A stretch of 64,000 nucleotides of DNA from a virus (Duplodnaviria; Caudoviricetes), in IMG/VR virus record IMGVR_UViG_3300028048_000079, positions 1-64,000 of that record; one strand, given 5' to 3'. The notes beneath the pieces were generated by a model. That model was not told where the DNA came from, ran no database searches, and worked only from the letters and a program-made list of their open reading frames with translations. The translations under genes were made by a program, and so were the position numbers. Position 1 is the stretch's first letter; the number at the start of each line of letters is the position of its first letter. Below, in pieces: positions 31,923 to 41,561 of the stretch.

Positions 31923-33446
31923 TTATTTTACTTTTTTAAAGTTCCCATCTATAAATGACACCACCATATATCCGTTTTCAGAAATCACACCATCATAATT
32001 AGACATAAAGTAGTCCAAGTCTTCTTCGGGTATTGAATCTAGATAGCCCACTGCCGCAGGTTCACCTTCAAACATAACAACTGAGTCATCATCTTTCCTC
32101 AGTATCCCATCCTTTGTGACATATGGTTTCATTAATTTCAGATATCCTGCATCTATTTCATCGCCGAATTCTGATGCATAGTCTTCATCAGTTGTATAGA
32201 ATACCAATCCACTATCATAAAATCCTCCATTATCACTATGGGCATGATAAAGCAAAAGTGGATTGCCATATTTGTCTGTTACTTTACTACCTCTAAACCA
32301 ATCAAGTATGTTATTATTAGGTTCAATACTTTCATTTATGCAGTCAGCAAGCAGTTCCTCGCTTGTATAATATTCATCTTCAATTTGATGGTTTGCATTT
32401 GTCTGTTGCATAAAGTCATTAAATTCATCCTTATCCTTTTCGGATAATATTTTTCTGATAATATCATCAAGTATTTCCCTACCTTGTTTTGTTTTAGCAA
32501 ATATTTCTCTAAGGCACTCATTAAATTCTTCTGATGGTAGTTCAGATAATGTCATTAGGAAGAAATTTGGTTCAACAGTGCCCAAATCATACATTTGTGC
32601 TACTATAATATCCCACAAGGTAGAACCGAGTCTCATATCCCACAATTCTGCCAATTTGAAATCAGATTTTTTGATAACATACTCAGCCTTTTCTCTATTC
32701 TCTGGTAATCCGTGTGCAATTGCAAGTTCAAGTACACCTTTTATAGTTTCGTTAAGAAGTACTGGGAATATGATGCCTTCTGCTTTGATTGTAACCATAT
32801 TTTGTGGCATACTCATAGTAACATCCACTTTACCGGCTTCTGTTATTTCATTATCTTCTTTCAGTTTATCTTTTTCGAAGAACAAGAGTATTTCATTATA
32901 TTTAATGATTTTCTTATACAATGATGGCAATTCATCGTCTATTTCGAAAAGTTCCTTGATATATGAAGAAATATTTTTGGAATAGTACATAGCTGCACCT
33001 GTTACAAGAGCATTAAGCATACGTCTTTTATATATTTCCCCACTAAGGTAATTCATATCTTGAATGCTATCAAAACTGAAATCAGTTGTTTTTTCTGGAA
33101 TTAGTCTCTGATTATCATCATTGACTTCATCAACAAGTTCAACATCAATTTGTATAGTATCTTCAGGAATGCTGAAAAGTTCTGTTACTATTGTCATGCA
33201 TAGTTGCTCCAAAGCAGACTTGTTTTTTGCCTCAATGTTTTTACATGTTGAAATAAGTCTTCCCAATTCGGTTTTCAACTGATTAATATCAGTAATCTCC
33301 ATATTATCGGTTATTTTAGTAAACTTATTGGCAACGGCATTTATGATGAACTTCTCTTCTTCCTCAGGTGGGTATGAAGGATGTTCACCAAGTGATGTTT
33401 TATTTGTTTCTAATGACTTGAGTATGTGCTTTGGCAGTTCTAACAT
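31923..33446 (-). CDS. Head-module protein with C-terminal ART-PolyVal-like ADP-ribosyltransferase domain
   Basis: After the CINES linker: WFRGSKVTDKYGNPLLLYH...FYTTD..YA..FG...YLKL..P...YDGV. Confidence 0.65.
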   Translation of the reverse strand: MLELPKHILKSLETNKTSLGEHPSYPPEEEEKFIINAVANKFTKITDNMEITDINQLKTELGRLISTCKNIEAKNKSALEQLCMTIVTELFSIPEDTIQIDVELVDEVNDDNQRLIPEKTTDFSFDSIQDMNYLSGEIYKRRMLNALVTGAAMYYSKNISSYIKELFEIDDELPSLYKKIIKYNEILLFFEKDKLKEDNEITEAGKVDVTMSMPQNMVTIKAEGIIFPVLLNETIKGVLELAIAHGLPENREKAEYVIKKSDFKLAELWDMRLGSTLWDIIVAQMYDLGTVEPNFFLMTLSELPSEEFNECLREIFAKTKQGREILDDIIRKILSEKDKDEFNDFMQQTNANHQIEDEYYTSEELLADCINESIEPNNNILDWFRGSKVTDKYGNPLLLYHAHSDNGGFYDSGLVFYTTDEDYASEFGDEIDAGYLKLMKPYVTKDGILRKDDDSVVMFEGEPAAVGYLDSIPEEDLDYFMSNYDGVISENGYMVVSFIDGNFKKVK

Positions 33447-33449
33447 GAT

Positions 33450-34088
33450 TTAATAGACATGCATATTATAAAGAGTTATTGTTCCTTGTTTTGGATAATA
33501 GGTTGTTGGGAAAATGTCAAGACGGTTTGTACCATCAGTAAATGTATGGCATTCATTATTATCGTCTTTACCTGCGTATTTCATGCCATAATTCTGTTTA
33601 AGCATTTGTACAAGTTGTGCAAATTCAAATGGTGTCTTACGTGGGTTTCCACCTGCAAGTTTTGTGATTGAACGCCAAATGTTACTTTCAAGTTGTTCTT
33701 GGCGTTCTGTTTCCACAGCAGCATTTAGCATATCATCATCATGAATGCCTGTAATATTTCTTATTTGGGTATTTGTTAAATCCTCGTTGACGTTTTTCTT
33801 ACCAAGACGTTTTACAAACTCACTAAGTTTATAATATTCTGAATGCTTTTGGAATTTCTTCAGACGGCTTTCAATTAAGTCTTTCTTAGTAATTACCTTG
33901 CCCTCATTTGATGGCGGTATCTGTATTGTCGCCTTTTTAAGGTCAACGCCTGATTTCTGGGCTTGCTGCTTGGTAGTATCAACTGCTTTCTTAACATCAC
34001 CACCGGCAGCATCTACATCAGCGTTAAGTGTAATTCCTTCTTGCAAAGCATAACGTCTTTGTTCCTCTGTTATCTTGATTGTTCTCAT
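33450..34088 (-). CDS. Candidate internal head protein
   Basis: MRTIKITEEQ..ALQEG leader; LIES, VNED sites; late motif 34103-34113. Confidence 0.6.
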   Translation of the reverse strand: MRTIKITEEQRRYALQEGITLNADVDAAGGDVKKAVDTTKQQAQKSGVDLKKATIQIPPSNEGKVITKKDLIESRLKKFQKHSEYYKLSEFVKRLGKKNVNEDLTNTQIRNITGIHDDDMLNAAVETERQEQLESNIWRSITKLAGGNPRKTPFEFAQLVQMLKQNYGMKYAGKDDNNECHTFTDGTNRLDIFPTTYYPKQGTITLYNMHVY

Positions 34089-34165
34089 GATTGCACAATT
34101 ATATAAATAAATATGGAGTAATTATTATTAAAAATGCCCCCATATAATATTGGAGGCATTATCTT

Positions 34166-34798
34166 TTATTTGAAATTAGGTGAAGTAAAAGGTTTTTTCT
34201 TATAGCCTATATTAGTGATAGGTTTTTGCATTTCCCCTTCTTCATCATTATCCTGCATCACTTGGTTGAATATCTCATCAAGTTTGTCTTTATAAGACTT
34301 AGCAACGCTTTCACCCATTTCCATATTGTTATCGTTATTCAGTTCGTTATTGTCCATAGGTGGTTGTTGGTTCATGTCTTGCTGAGACATATCACTTTGT
34401 GGCTGTTCAGGAACTTCCTCTGTTTCATCACCTTTTATGTTGTTCAAGATATCATTTGTATCTTCAGGTGAAAGTCCTTCAATTGCTTGTTTGACAATCA
34501 TACCAGCAACATATTTGTCAAGGTCAGCATCAGGTTGAGGTAAGTTTTCATTATAAGAACGTAGTGACTGACTTAGTTTACCAGTTAACTGTTGGATATA
34601 CTTTTTAGGGTCTGTTTCTTCATTAGCTTCGACACCTGCATCGAAATTTGTATCAAATGGGTTTTCACCATTTCCTTGAGCATCACCCATATTAGCATCC
34701 ATCTGTGGGAAGTCATCGCCTTCATCATCCATCATAGGTGGCTGATTATCCATCGGTGGCTCTGCCATCTCAGCCGGGATTTCCGGCTGAGATGGCAA
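34166..34798 (-). CDS. Acidic Pro/Met-rich head protein segment, probably expressed as a -1 frameshift extension of 34819..36378
   Basis: Only a TTG start abutting a strong hairpin; -1 frame open from the A9 run of the upstream gene; IQQLTGKLSQSLR core. Confidence 0.7.
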   Translation of the reverse strand: MPSQPEIPAEMAEPPMDNQPPMMDDEGDDFPQMDANMGDAQGNGENPFDTNFDAGVEANEETDPKKYIQQLTGKLSQSLRSYNENLPQPDADLDKYVAGMIVKQAIEGLSPEDTNDILNNIKGDETEEVPEQPQSDMSQQDMNQQPPMDNNELNNDNNMEMGESVAKSYKDKLDEIFNQVMQDNDEEGEMQKPITNIGYKKKPFTSPNFK

Positions 34799-34833
34799 CT
34801 TTATGACTTTTCTTTCAGTTAATCTTTTTTTTT
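34763..34833 (-). other. Candidate -1 frameshift signal: A9G slippery run plus 15-bp perfect hairpin
   Basis: T9 at 34825-34833 on +; inverted repeat 34763-34777 / 34783-34797. Confidence 0.65.
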
Positions 34834-36378
34834 ATCGCCATCGATACGTTTCATAATAGCGTCTGTGAGTTTATCAATTACTTCGTCAGTAAATGGCGCA
34901 GAGTCACCAATCTGTATACCGAATGGTTTTTCGCCCTTAGCAGAATCATCATTCCAATCCTTGCCGAATTTATCTATCTCCTTGTTAGGGGGTGTTGTCA
35001 TAGGCTTTTTCTGATAAGCAGGATGCTTACCGAAGTCATTAAGAACGGCTTCTGTTATACGGTTTACAATACGGTTAATGCTTTCGTAAGGTACTTCACC
35101 AATGTCAACCAATGATGGGTCGAGGTCATCGATATATTCACCATTGTCATCAAGTGGCTCTTCTATATCAAGTGAAATCTCGCCATTAGATGGTTGTTCT
35201 TGGCTGTCTAACCACTCATTATAGTCCTGCTCGAACTCATTGTAAGCACCGTCACCTTCAACTTCAGGGAAAGGAACTTCAATATCATCATCGCCCATAC
35301 CTGCAACATCATTTACATCAACTACTTCCTCATTCACTTTATCTGTGAAAGGTGCGCTATCACCCTTTTCGTTTGTACCTGGTGTTGGAGAGTTCTGATT
35401 GTCAGTATTGTGTACTACGTTAGCTTCCTCATGTATAGGCTCTGCATCAGATTCACCTTGATTGCTTTGGTTGTCATCAACTTGGTCTATATAAGGTGCA
35501 GAACTACCAATATTAGTTCCATTTGTCTTGTCCATGAAATCTTTTGACTTATTCCATGCAAGAACTTGTGCTTCTGTCAAAATAACAGTACGGCCATCCT
35601 TTGATTCAACTCTTACAACTTTTCCACCCTTTGGATGCTCACCGGCAACACCTGTTTCTACATACTGAGGCTTCTCAGAATATGTATCACCGCCATTACC
35701 TTTCTCACTTGGGTTCTTATCAGACTTCATATCTTCATTTGAAGCCTCACCATCCTCAGTATAAGGACCACCGGCCTTCTCAGGATTTGTTTCAGTTTCC
35801 TTCAAATCCTTGTCAAGTTTTGCGACGGCTGTGTCGGTGAAAGGGGCATTAACCTTTTTGTCTGATGGATTCTGTGCAGGTGCTTCTGGGAGAGTATGGT
35901 TCATTGTAAAGCCATTGGTCTTATCCTCTTTAAGGATAGTGCTTACATTATTCATAATCTCATTGAAACGGTCAAGTTCATGTCTCATCTCCTTAGTTTC
36001 ATTTACTTGCCATTCAGCAGCCTCTGTTTTAACGCCTTCAGTTACTATTGGTTTTTTTACACTGCATGCCTCATTAATTGACATAAGTTTAAGTTCCAAC
36101 TGTTTTGAAGCCATTGGATAAGTGAGATATTCATTACTCTTTTTGTTCATGAAACCGCCGATGTAGTCAAAATCTTCAGCAATTACCTCGGTATCTTTCT
36201 TCGGTGCTACTTTAATGTAGAATTTTTTACCTTCACGGATAATACCATATGTTTTACCATCAGCACCTTCTGTTTTATATTCAACTATGGATTGTGAACC
36301 TCTTGCGGTAGACTCATTAATGCCATAACCCATAAGGTCTTTCATCCTCTTAAGTTGTTCATCATAAATGTTACTCAT
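34819..36378 (-). CDS. Acidic prohead core-like protein with G(D/S)SAPF-type repeats
   Basis: EQLKRMKDLMGY..NES leader; repeated APFTD/APYID; late motif 36412-36418. Confidence 0.75.
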   Translation of the reverse strand: MSNIYDEQLKRMKDLMGYGINESTARGSQSIVEYKTEGADGKTYGIIREGKKFYIKVAPKKDTEVIAEDFDYIGGFMNKKSNEYLTYPMASKQLELKLMSINEACSVKKPIVTEGVKTEAAEWQVNETKEMRHELDRFNEIMNNVSTILKEDKTNGFTMNHTLPEAPAQNPSDKKVNAPFTDTAVAKLDKDLKETETNPEKAGGPYTEDGEASNEDMKSDKNPSEKGNGGDTYSEKPQYVETGVAGEHPKGGKVVRVESKDGRTVILTEAQVLAWNKSKDFMDKTNGTNIGSSAPYIDQVDDNQSNQGESDAEPIHEEANVVHNTDNQNSPTPGTNEKGDSAPFTDKVNEEVVDVNDVAGMGDDDIEVPFPEVEGDGAYNEFEQDYNEWLDSQEQPSNGEISLDIEEPLDDNGEYIDDLDPSLVDIGEVPYESINRIVNRITEAVLNDFGKHPAYQKKPMTTPPNKEIDKFGKDWNDDSAKGEKPFGIQIGDSAPFTDEVIDKLTDAIMKRIDGDKKKD

Positions 36379-36437
36379 GTTATTTTTTCAAACTAATTAG
36401 TTATTTTAATAATAAATAGTTAATGCTTTTAATAAAG

Positions 36438-38558
36438 TCATTTAATAGAGTTTATTTTATTATATGTATTATTAATTATATCCCAAATTTTATCAAGATA
36501 GTTCATGCGTCTCAATAATTTATATATGATATTGCCACTTGACATTTCTCCACTTCTTGCCAAACCTTCCTTACGCATGTTCTTCAAACGTTTGAATATC
36601 TTCATGGTTTTCTCACCAAGTTCTTCAAGTCTTGAATTACTTGTTTCCTTGTTTATTTTAGTTTCAATATTATCAATATCCGTCATTATTTTGGCGGAGA
36701 ACTCCTTTATATACTTTTCATTAAGTTTAGCGTCATCAAAATTAGACGGTTCTGTAACCCATTTGTTTTTTGTCAAAGAATATACACCTGAAGATACTCC
36801 GGGTTCATCATAATCCTCAACACTCACTTCTACAGGATAACCGTAGATTTTAAGTTTATCATGCGTTTGGTTCCATATTTCCTTTTTAGATTTGAAATAG
36901 TCATCAATCAGTTCTGTTTTCTTATAAATGTCCTTAAAACTTACAATTATATGTACATCAATATCTGAATATTTCGACCAATTGTAATTTGCCAATGAGC
37001 CAGTGAATACAATATCCTTTGGTTTTAAATTAGGTATTGACAATTCATCGATGAAGTCATCCGCAATGTCAAGCAGTTTCTCTCTTACCCTTGAATTAAG
37101 TTTGTCGTTTATCCAAAACTTATCGTTCAGTTCATCTTTTACCTTAAATGATGAAAGACTGACATCACTTGCATCTACCTCATTAATATACAGTTTAGAT
37201 TCAATAATACCCTCTTTTCTTAATACTTCATCACCGAATAACTGTTTAATCAAATACATGACAACAGGATAATCAACAGTCATCATATACTCATTGAACT
37301 CATGATTTATTCTATTTAATCTTTCAACCCATTCAAAAATATCCCCGTTGACTCTTTCAAATAGGTTTCTGAAAGCATTTTCGTTAAATCCACCAATTTT
37401 CTCTATTCTGAAATTATAATCAGCAATGGGGATTTCATTATCCCATGATGTAACATCACTGTTATTCATGAATTTAAACTTACCGTTATTGAAGTCTTCC
37501 TTTGGTACTTCTATCGAAAAAATACTGCCATGTCCAAAATTATCAGTCATTTTTGTATTAAACCAATTCACACCGTAGGTTTCACTTCTTTTCCTACCAC
37601 GCAGTGCACATATTGTACCTTCCTCAATAATGTCATTCAAAGCCATTATATCAGTTCCATGATACAATTTTATTTTTTCCGGTAATTCATCAAAAAATGA
37701 TGGTTTCCATTCGTTTAAATTCATTATTTTACCTTCACTAATTGTCTTATTGATTATTTTAACAGCAGATGCATTGAATATAACATAATTATTTCCTTCC
37801 TCGCCATCAAAACCAAAAACAGTGCCTATTGGATAGACAATGCCCTCTATTCCACACATATTCAATAGGAATAACGATGCTGCTTTTGGAGAGCCTAATA
37901 AAGATGTTAAACGGTCATATAGTTCTTCTCCACTATTTATTCCCTCAATTATTCCCTCAGTTATACCCTCAAATCTGTTACGATATTTGGTATTTAGGAA
38001 ATTCAATCCTTTTAATATTTTTCCTTTAACTTCATCATTAACTGAATTATACCATTCAATATAGTTACTGCCATCGTTTTCCGGTATTTCAACCTCATAT
38101 ACATATGATTTTGCTTTTGAAAGACGTGGTTCCATTTCTGACAGTACGTTGAAAAAAGAATTTATCTCATTGGTATTTTCACTGTATTTTGAAATGAATT
38201 TATTTTTCTCTGCCTCTATTGTATTTGCATCAATAGTTTTTGTAGTATACATTATCATACGTAAATTATTGATAATGTCATTTGTAATATTTTCATCACT
38301 AATAGTATTATTGGCTATTGATATTAACTTTTCTGTTGTTATACGTTCATTATTTTTATCATATGAACCTGTATTTGCTTCTTTTGAACGGTCAGCATAT
38401 TCACTTGCTATTTCAGAATTATCTGTAACATAAGTGCCCCAACCGAACTCCTGAGAGCCGTCACCTGTATCAAGATACTTTTTATGATTAAACTTATTAA
38501 AGTCATAAGAAGTACCGTGAAAACCCCTTATTTCACTTATGTTTCGTCTTATATTCAT
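36438..38558 (-). CDS. Polyvalent protein: two ART-like domains plus a Pol-beta-family nucleotidyltransferase
   Basis: GFHGTSYDF..F...GDG...GWGTYVT; KLYHGT..AL..I; VFTGSLANYNWSKYSDIDVH (GS...DxD). Confidence 0.75.
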   Translation of the reverse strand: MNIRRNISEIRGFHGTSYDFNKFNHKKYLDTGDGSQEFGWGTYVTDNSEIASEYADRSKEANTGSYDKNNERITTEKLISIANNTISDENITNDIINNLRMIMYTTKTIDANTIEAEKNKFISKYSENTNEINSFFNVLSEMEPRLSKAKSYVYEVEIPENDGSNYIEWYNSVNDEVKGKILKGLNFLNTKYRNRFEGITEGIIEGINSGEELYDRLTSLLGSPKAASLFLLNMCGIEGIVYPIGTVFGFDGEEGNNYVIFNASAVKIINKTISEGKIMNLNEWKPSFFDELPEKIKLYHGTDIMALNDIIEEGTICALRGRKRSETYGVNWFNTKMTDNFGHGSIFSIEVPKEDFNNGKFKFMNNSDVTSWDNEIPIADYNFRIEKIGGFNENAFRNLFERVNGDIFEWVERLNRINHEFNEYMMTVDYPVVMYLIKQLFGDEVLRKEGIIESKLYINEVDASDVSLSSFKVKDELNDKFWINDKLNSRVREKLLDIADDFIDELSIPNLKPKDIVFTGSLANYNWSKYSDIDVHIIVSFKDIYKKTELIDDYFKSKKEIWNQTHDKLKIYGYPVEVSVEDYDEPGVSSGVYSLTKNKWVTEPSNFDDAKLNEKYIKEFSAKIMTDIDNIETKINKETSNSRLEELGEKTMKIFKRLKNMRKEGLARSGEMSSGNIIYKLLRRMNYLDKIWDIINNTYNKINSIK

Positions 38559-38607
38559 GCCTAAATGTTAAAAATAGCAAAATCTATAAAAATAAATATA
38601 GGAAAAT

Positions 38608-38640
38608 TTTGTTATAAGAAAAATAATTAGTACCTTTGCA
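38608..38640 (+). promoter_or_regulatory. Bacteroidota sigma-A-type promoter
   Basis: TTTG-N19-TACCTTTG upstream of clpX. Confidence 0.75.
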
Positions 38641-38668
38641 TCCGAAAAAATAAATGTAATATTATTGT

Positions 38669-39826
38669 ATGGCAAAAAAAACAACAAATGAAGAGGTAAC
38701 TCAAGAAGAGATTAAGGAAATAAAGGCACAAATGCGTGACATTATGAATAAGGTCACGCCAAAATACCTTTATGATTATCTTAATCAGTATGTAATTGGC
38801 CAAGAAGAAGCCAAGAAGTATATATCCGTTGCTGTTTATAACCATTATAAACGTTTTATGGATAACATCTATGGTTATACACAATATATTGAGGATAATC
38901 CATATCAAGATGTTGAAATTGAAAAGACTAATTGTATTGTACTTGGAAATTCCGGAAGTGGGAAAACTTATATGCTAAGACTTCTCGCAAAGCATCTGAA
39001 TATACCGTTTTATATACAGGATTCCTGTAGCCTCTCAAGTGCTGGATATGTTGGTGATGATGTCGAGAATGCGGTTCTTGGTGCATTGCGAAGCTGCAAC
39101 TTCAATGTGCAAGCCACACAGCATGCAATTATTGTCTTCGATGAGTTTGATAAACTTTCAAGAAAGAGCGAAAATCCGTCAATAACACGTGATGTCGGTG
39201 GTGAAGGTGTTCAGCAATCACTTTTGAAACTTGTTGAAGGTACAATTGTCAATGTACCGCCCAATGGTGGACGTAAGCATCCGGAACAGGAATGCATTCC
39301 TGTAGATACAAGAAATATTCTTTTCTTCGGCATTGGTGCATTTGATGGTTTGGAAAAGATTATTGAGAAACGCAAGAACAAAAAAACAATTGGCTTTAAT
39401 TCAATTGCAAAGGACAATGAAGTTGAAGAAGACTTGCTTTCAGATGTTACTTCGGATGATTTAAAGAAATATGGCTTGATTCCTGAAATTATAGGCCGTT
39501 TTCCGTTGATTACGCATGTTAAGCCTTTAACAGAAGAACAACTTTATCAGATACTTGTTGAGCCTAAAAATTCAATTATTAAACAGTTTCAGAAACTGTT
39601 TTGGATTGATAATGTTGAACTAACATTTGATGATGATGCTTTGCATATTGTTGCTAAGGAAGCATATGAAATGAAAACCGGTGCTAGAAGCTTGCGTGGT
39701 GTTCTTGATAAATTGCTTGCTGATATTATGTTTGACTACGGTGGTTACAATGAGGAAAAGGTGAAACTTAACATCACAGCTGATATGGTTTCTGCTTACC
39801 AGTCAAAAGTTAAACAAGCTGCTTAA
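38669..39826 (+). CDS. clpX: ClpX-like AAA+ ATPase (no N-terminal Zn domain)
   Basis: YVIGQE.AK..ISVAVYNHYKR, GNSGSGKT, AGYVGDDVE, DEFDK, RDVGGEGVQQ.LLK, GGRKHP, IGF, GAR.LR. Confidence 0.93.
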   Translation: MAKKTTNEEVTQEEIKEIKAQMRDIMNKVTPKYLYDYLNQYVIGQEEAKKYISVAVYNHYKRFMDNIYGYTQYIEDNPYQDVEIEKTNCIVLGNSGSGKTYMLRLLAKHLNIPFYIQDSCSLSSAGYVGDDVENAVLGALRSCNFNVQATQHAIIVFDEFDKLSRKSENPSITRDVGGEGVQQSLLKLVEGTIVNVPPNGGRKHPEQECIPVDTRNILFFGIGAFDGLEKIIEKRKNKKTIGFNSIAKDNEVEEDLLSDVTSDDLKKYGLIPEIIGRFPLITHVKPLTEEQLYQILVEPKNSIIKQFQKLFWIDNVELTFDDDALHIVAKEAYEMKTGARSLRGVLDKLLADIMFDYGGYNEEKVKLNITADMVSAYQSKVKQAA

Positions 39827-39838
39827 TAGTTAGGGGAA

Positions 39839-39918
39839 AATAAAAGGTTGCCTATTCTACAATGTACAAGGCATATAATCTTAGCGCATCTGTATCATTG
39901 GTAGGCAATCCTTTTATT
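39839..39918. other. Long imperfect intergenic hairpin
   Basis: AATAAAAGG/CCTTTTATT, TTGCCTA/TAGGCAA, CAATG/CATTG, TACA/TGTA nested pairings. Confidence 0.55.
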
Positions 39919-40025
39919 ATTAAATATAACGATTATTTTCGAAACTTACCAAATAAAATGGCAGTTCACTAAAACTTTTAAACTTGTGACTACTATTTAA
40001 AGTTAATTATTTTTGAAAATACTAT

Positions 40026-40373
40026 ATGGTTTTAAATATCAACTCTGTAATAGCAAAAGGTGAGCATAAAGGCAAAACAGTAAATGATGTATTGTCTATC
40101 GGCAAAAGGGAGATATTTTCCCTTATAAAGGAAGGTTTTTCTTTTGATGACAATGTATTGTTAATGGCAGGCATTAAGAAAAATGTACGTGATGTAAAGG
40201 TTAGTAATATTTTTGCGGAGCATGAAAAAGATACAAAATCTTACGAAAAGGATACTGTAAGCCTTTCGAAGATATTAAAAGAAATACGTACAATTGACAA
40301 TCTTGATGAAACAATTGAGACTGAAATTGCAGCATCTGATGATACAAATAACGAAGATTACGAAGAAGTTTAA
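40026..40373 (+). CDS. Hypothetical protein
   Basis: 115 aa; KGEHKGKTV.DV motif. Confidence 0.7.
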   Translation: MVLNINSVIAKGEHKGKTVNDVLSIGKREIFSLIKEGFSFDDNVLLMAGIKKNVRDVKVSNIFAEHEKDTKSYEKDTVSLSKILKEIRTIDNLDETIETEIAASDDTNNEDYEEV

Positions 40374-40384
40374 TTTAAAATATT

Positions 40385-41317
40385 ATGTCTCAACTTATAG
40401 GTTTTTGTGGCAGAAAACGTGCCGGCAAGGGGGTTTTATCTGAAATTGTCAAAGAGAAATATGATGGTGTAATTGTAACAGCGGCAAATTATTTGAAATA
40501 TATTTGTTGTGAATTACTTGGGTATACTCTTGAAGAGCTAAATGAACGTAAAGATAATGGATATGTTTTCTTTCTACACCCAAGTTATCAGTGGTACGAT
40601 ACCATACATAAGTGGACGGGAATTGAGATAAAATATATTAAAAAGGAAATTGCTGGAATTAAATTCAACAATGTAAGACAGGTATTGCAAGTCATTGGAA
40701 CTGATTGCATCCGTCGTTATAACCCATCTTGGCATGTTGAATGTATGGTTAAAGATATAAAGAAATATCTTAATGAAGGTAAAACAGTTGTTGTTGATGA
40801 TGTCAGATTTCCTAATGAACGTAAAGCCATTGAAGACCTTGGTGGTGAGTGCTATTACATAGTAAGACCATTAACTGACAATGTTTCAAACCACATTTCC
40901 GAAACTTCACTTACTTGGGATATGTTTGCTGATGACCATGTGATTATTAATAACAATACGCTTGATAATTTCAAAAAACACTTTGAAGAGCATCTAAGTA
41001 TTAATGGAAATTCAGAAAATGCTCACCCAATATTCTTAAATGAAATGCCGTATTTCCAGAAGATGAACAATCTCTTTGGAAAAGAGAAAACCAAATTAGT
41101 TGAAAAGATTTTGGCACAAAATAAAGATTACGATTTGTTTAAAGACAAGGGTGTTTTTAGATTTAAGCCATCCAAATCAAGTGAATTTGCTGAATTTATA
41201 AAGGAACTTTATGGCATTAAAATTGTAGACAACAAAAGAATGAAACATATTTATTACAAGATATATAATCCTTTAATAATTGAAAATTTAAAACGGCATA
41301 TCAATGAAGACAAATGA
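40385..41317 (+). CDS. Deoxynucleoside monophosphate kinase (T4 gp1-like)
   Basis: IGFCGRKRAGKG P-loop, RQVLQVIGTD..R, DDVRFPNE, HISE. Confidence 0.9.
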   Translation: MSQLIGFCGRKRAGKGVLSEIVKEKYDGVIVTAANYLKYICCELLGYTLEELNERKDNGYVFFLHPSYQWYDTIHKWTGIEIKYIKKEIAGIKFNNVRQVLQVIGTDCIRRYNPSWHVECMVKDIKKYLNEGKTVVVDDVRFPNERKAIEDLGGECYYIVRPLTDNVSNHISETSLTWDMFADDHVIINNNTLDNFKKHFEEHLSINGNSENAHPIFLNEMPYFQKMNNLFGKEKTKLVEKILAQNKDYDLFKDKGVFRFKPSKSSEFAEFIKELYGIKIVDNKRMKHIYYKIYNPLIIENLKRHINEDK

Positions 41318-41561
41318 TGTTTCAAAAGATGTTTGGAAATCTTTCCGAAAAGCCAACCGTGAGTTACAGTTTGAACGCAACGGCGGAGGACAGTTTGTAG
41401 CCACAGATAGGACGTGGAAAAACAAAAAGAAGTATGATAGAAAAAGGGACAGAAGAATAAATTTCGACTGTCCCTCTTTATTTTATCGTAATTTTAGATT
41501 ATGCATCTTTAACAACTGTATAAACAGTGTAATTAACACCGTCTTCTGTAACAACAGATGA
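41304..41561 (+). CDS. Small basic protein, candidate ArfA/BrfA-like ribosome-rescue factor
   Basis: RKANRE...KNKKKYDRK; internal terminator precedes the stop codon. Confidence 0.45.
   Translation: MKTNDVSKDVWKSFRKANRELQFERNGGGQFVATDRTWKNKKKYDRKRDRRINFDCPSLFYRNFRLCIFNNCINSVINTVFCNNR
41441..41485. terminator. Bidirectional intrinsic terminator inside the 41304 ORF
   Basis: GGGACAG (41446-52)/CTGTCCC (41468-74) with T-rich tracts on both strands. Confidence 0.7.
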
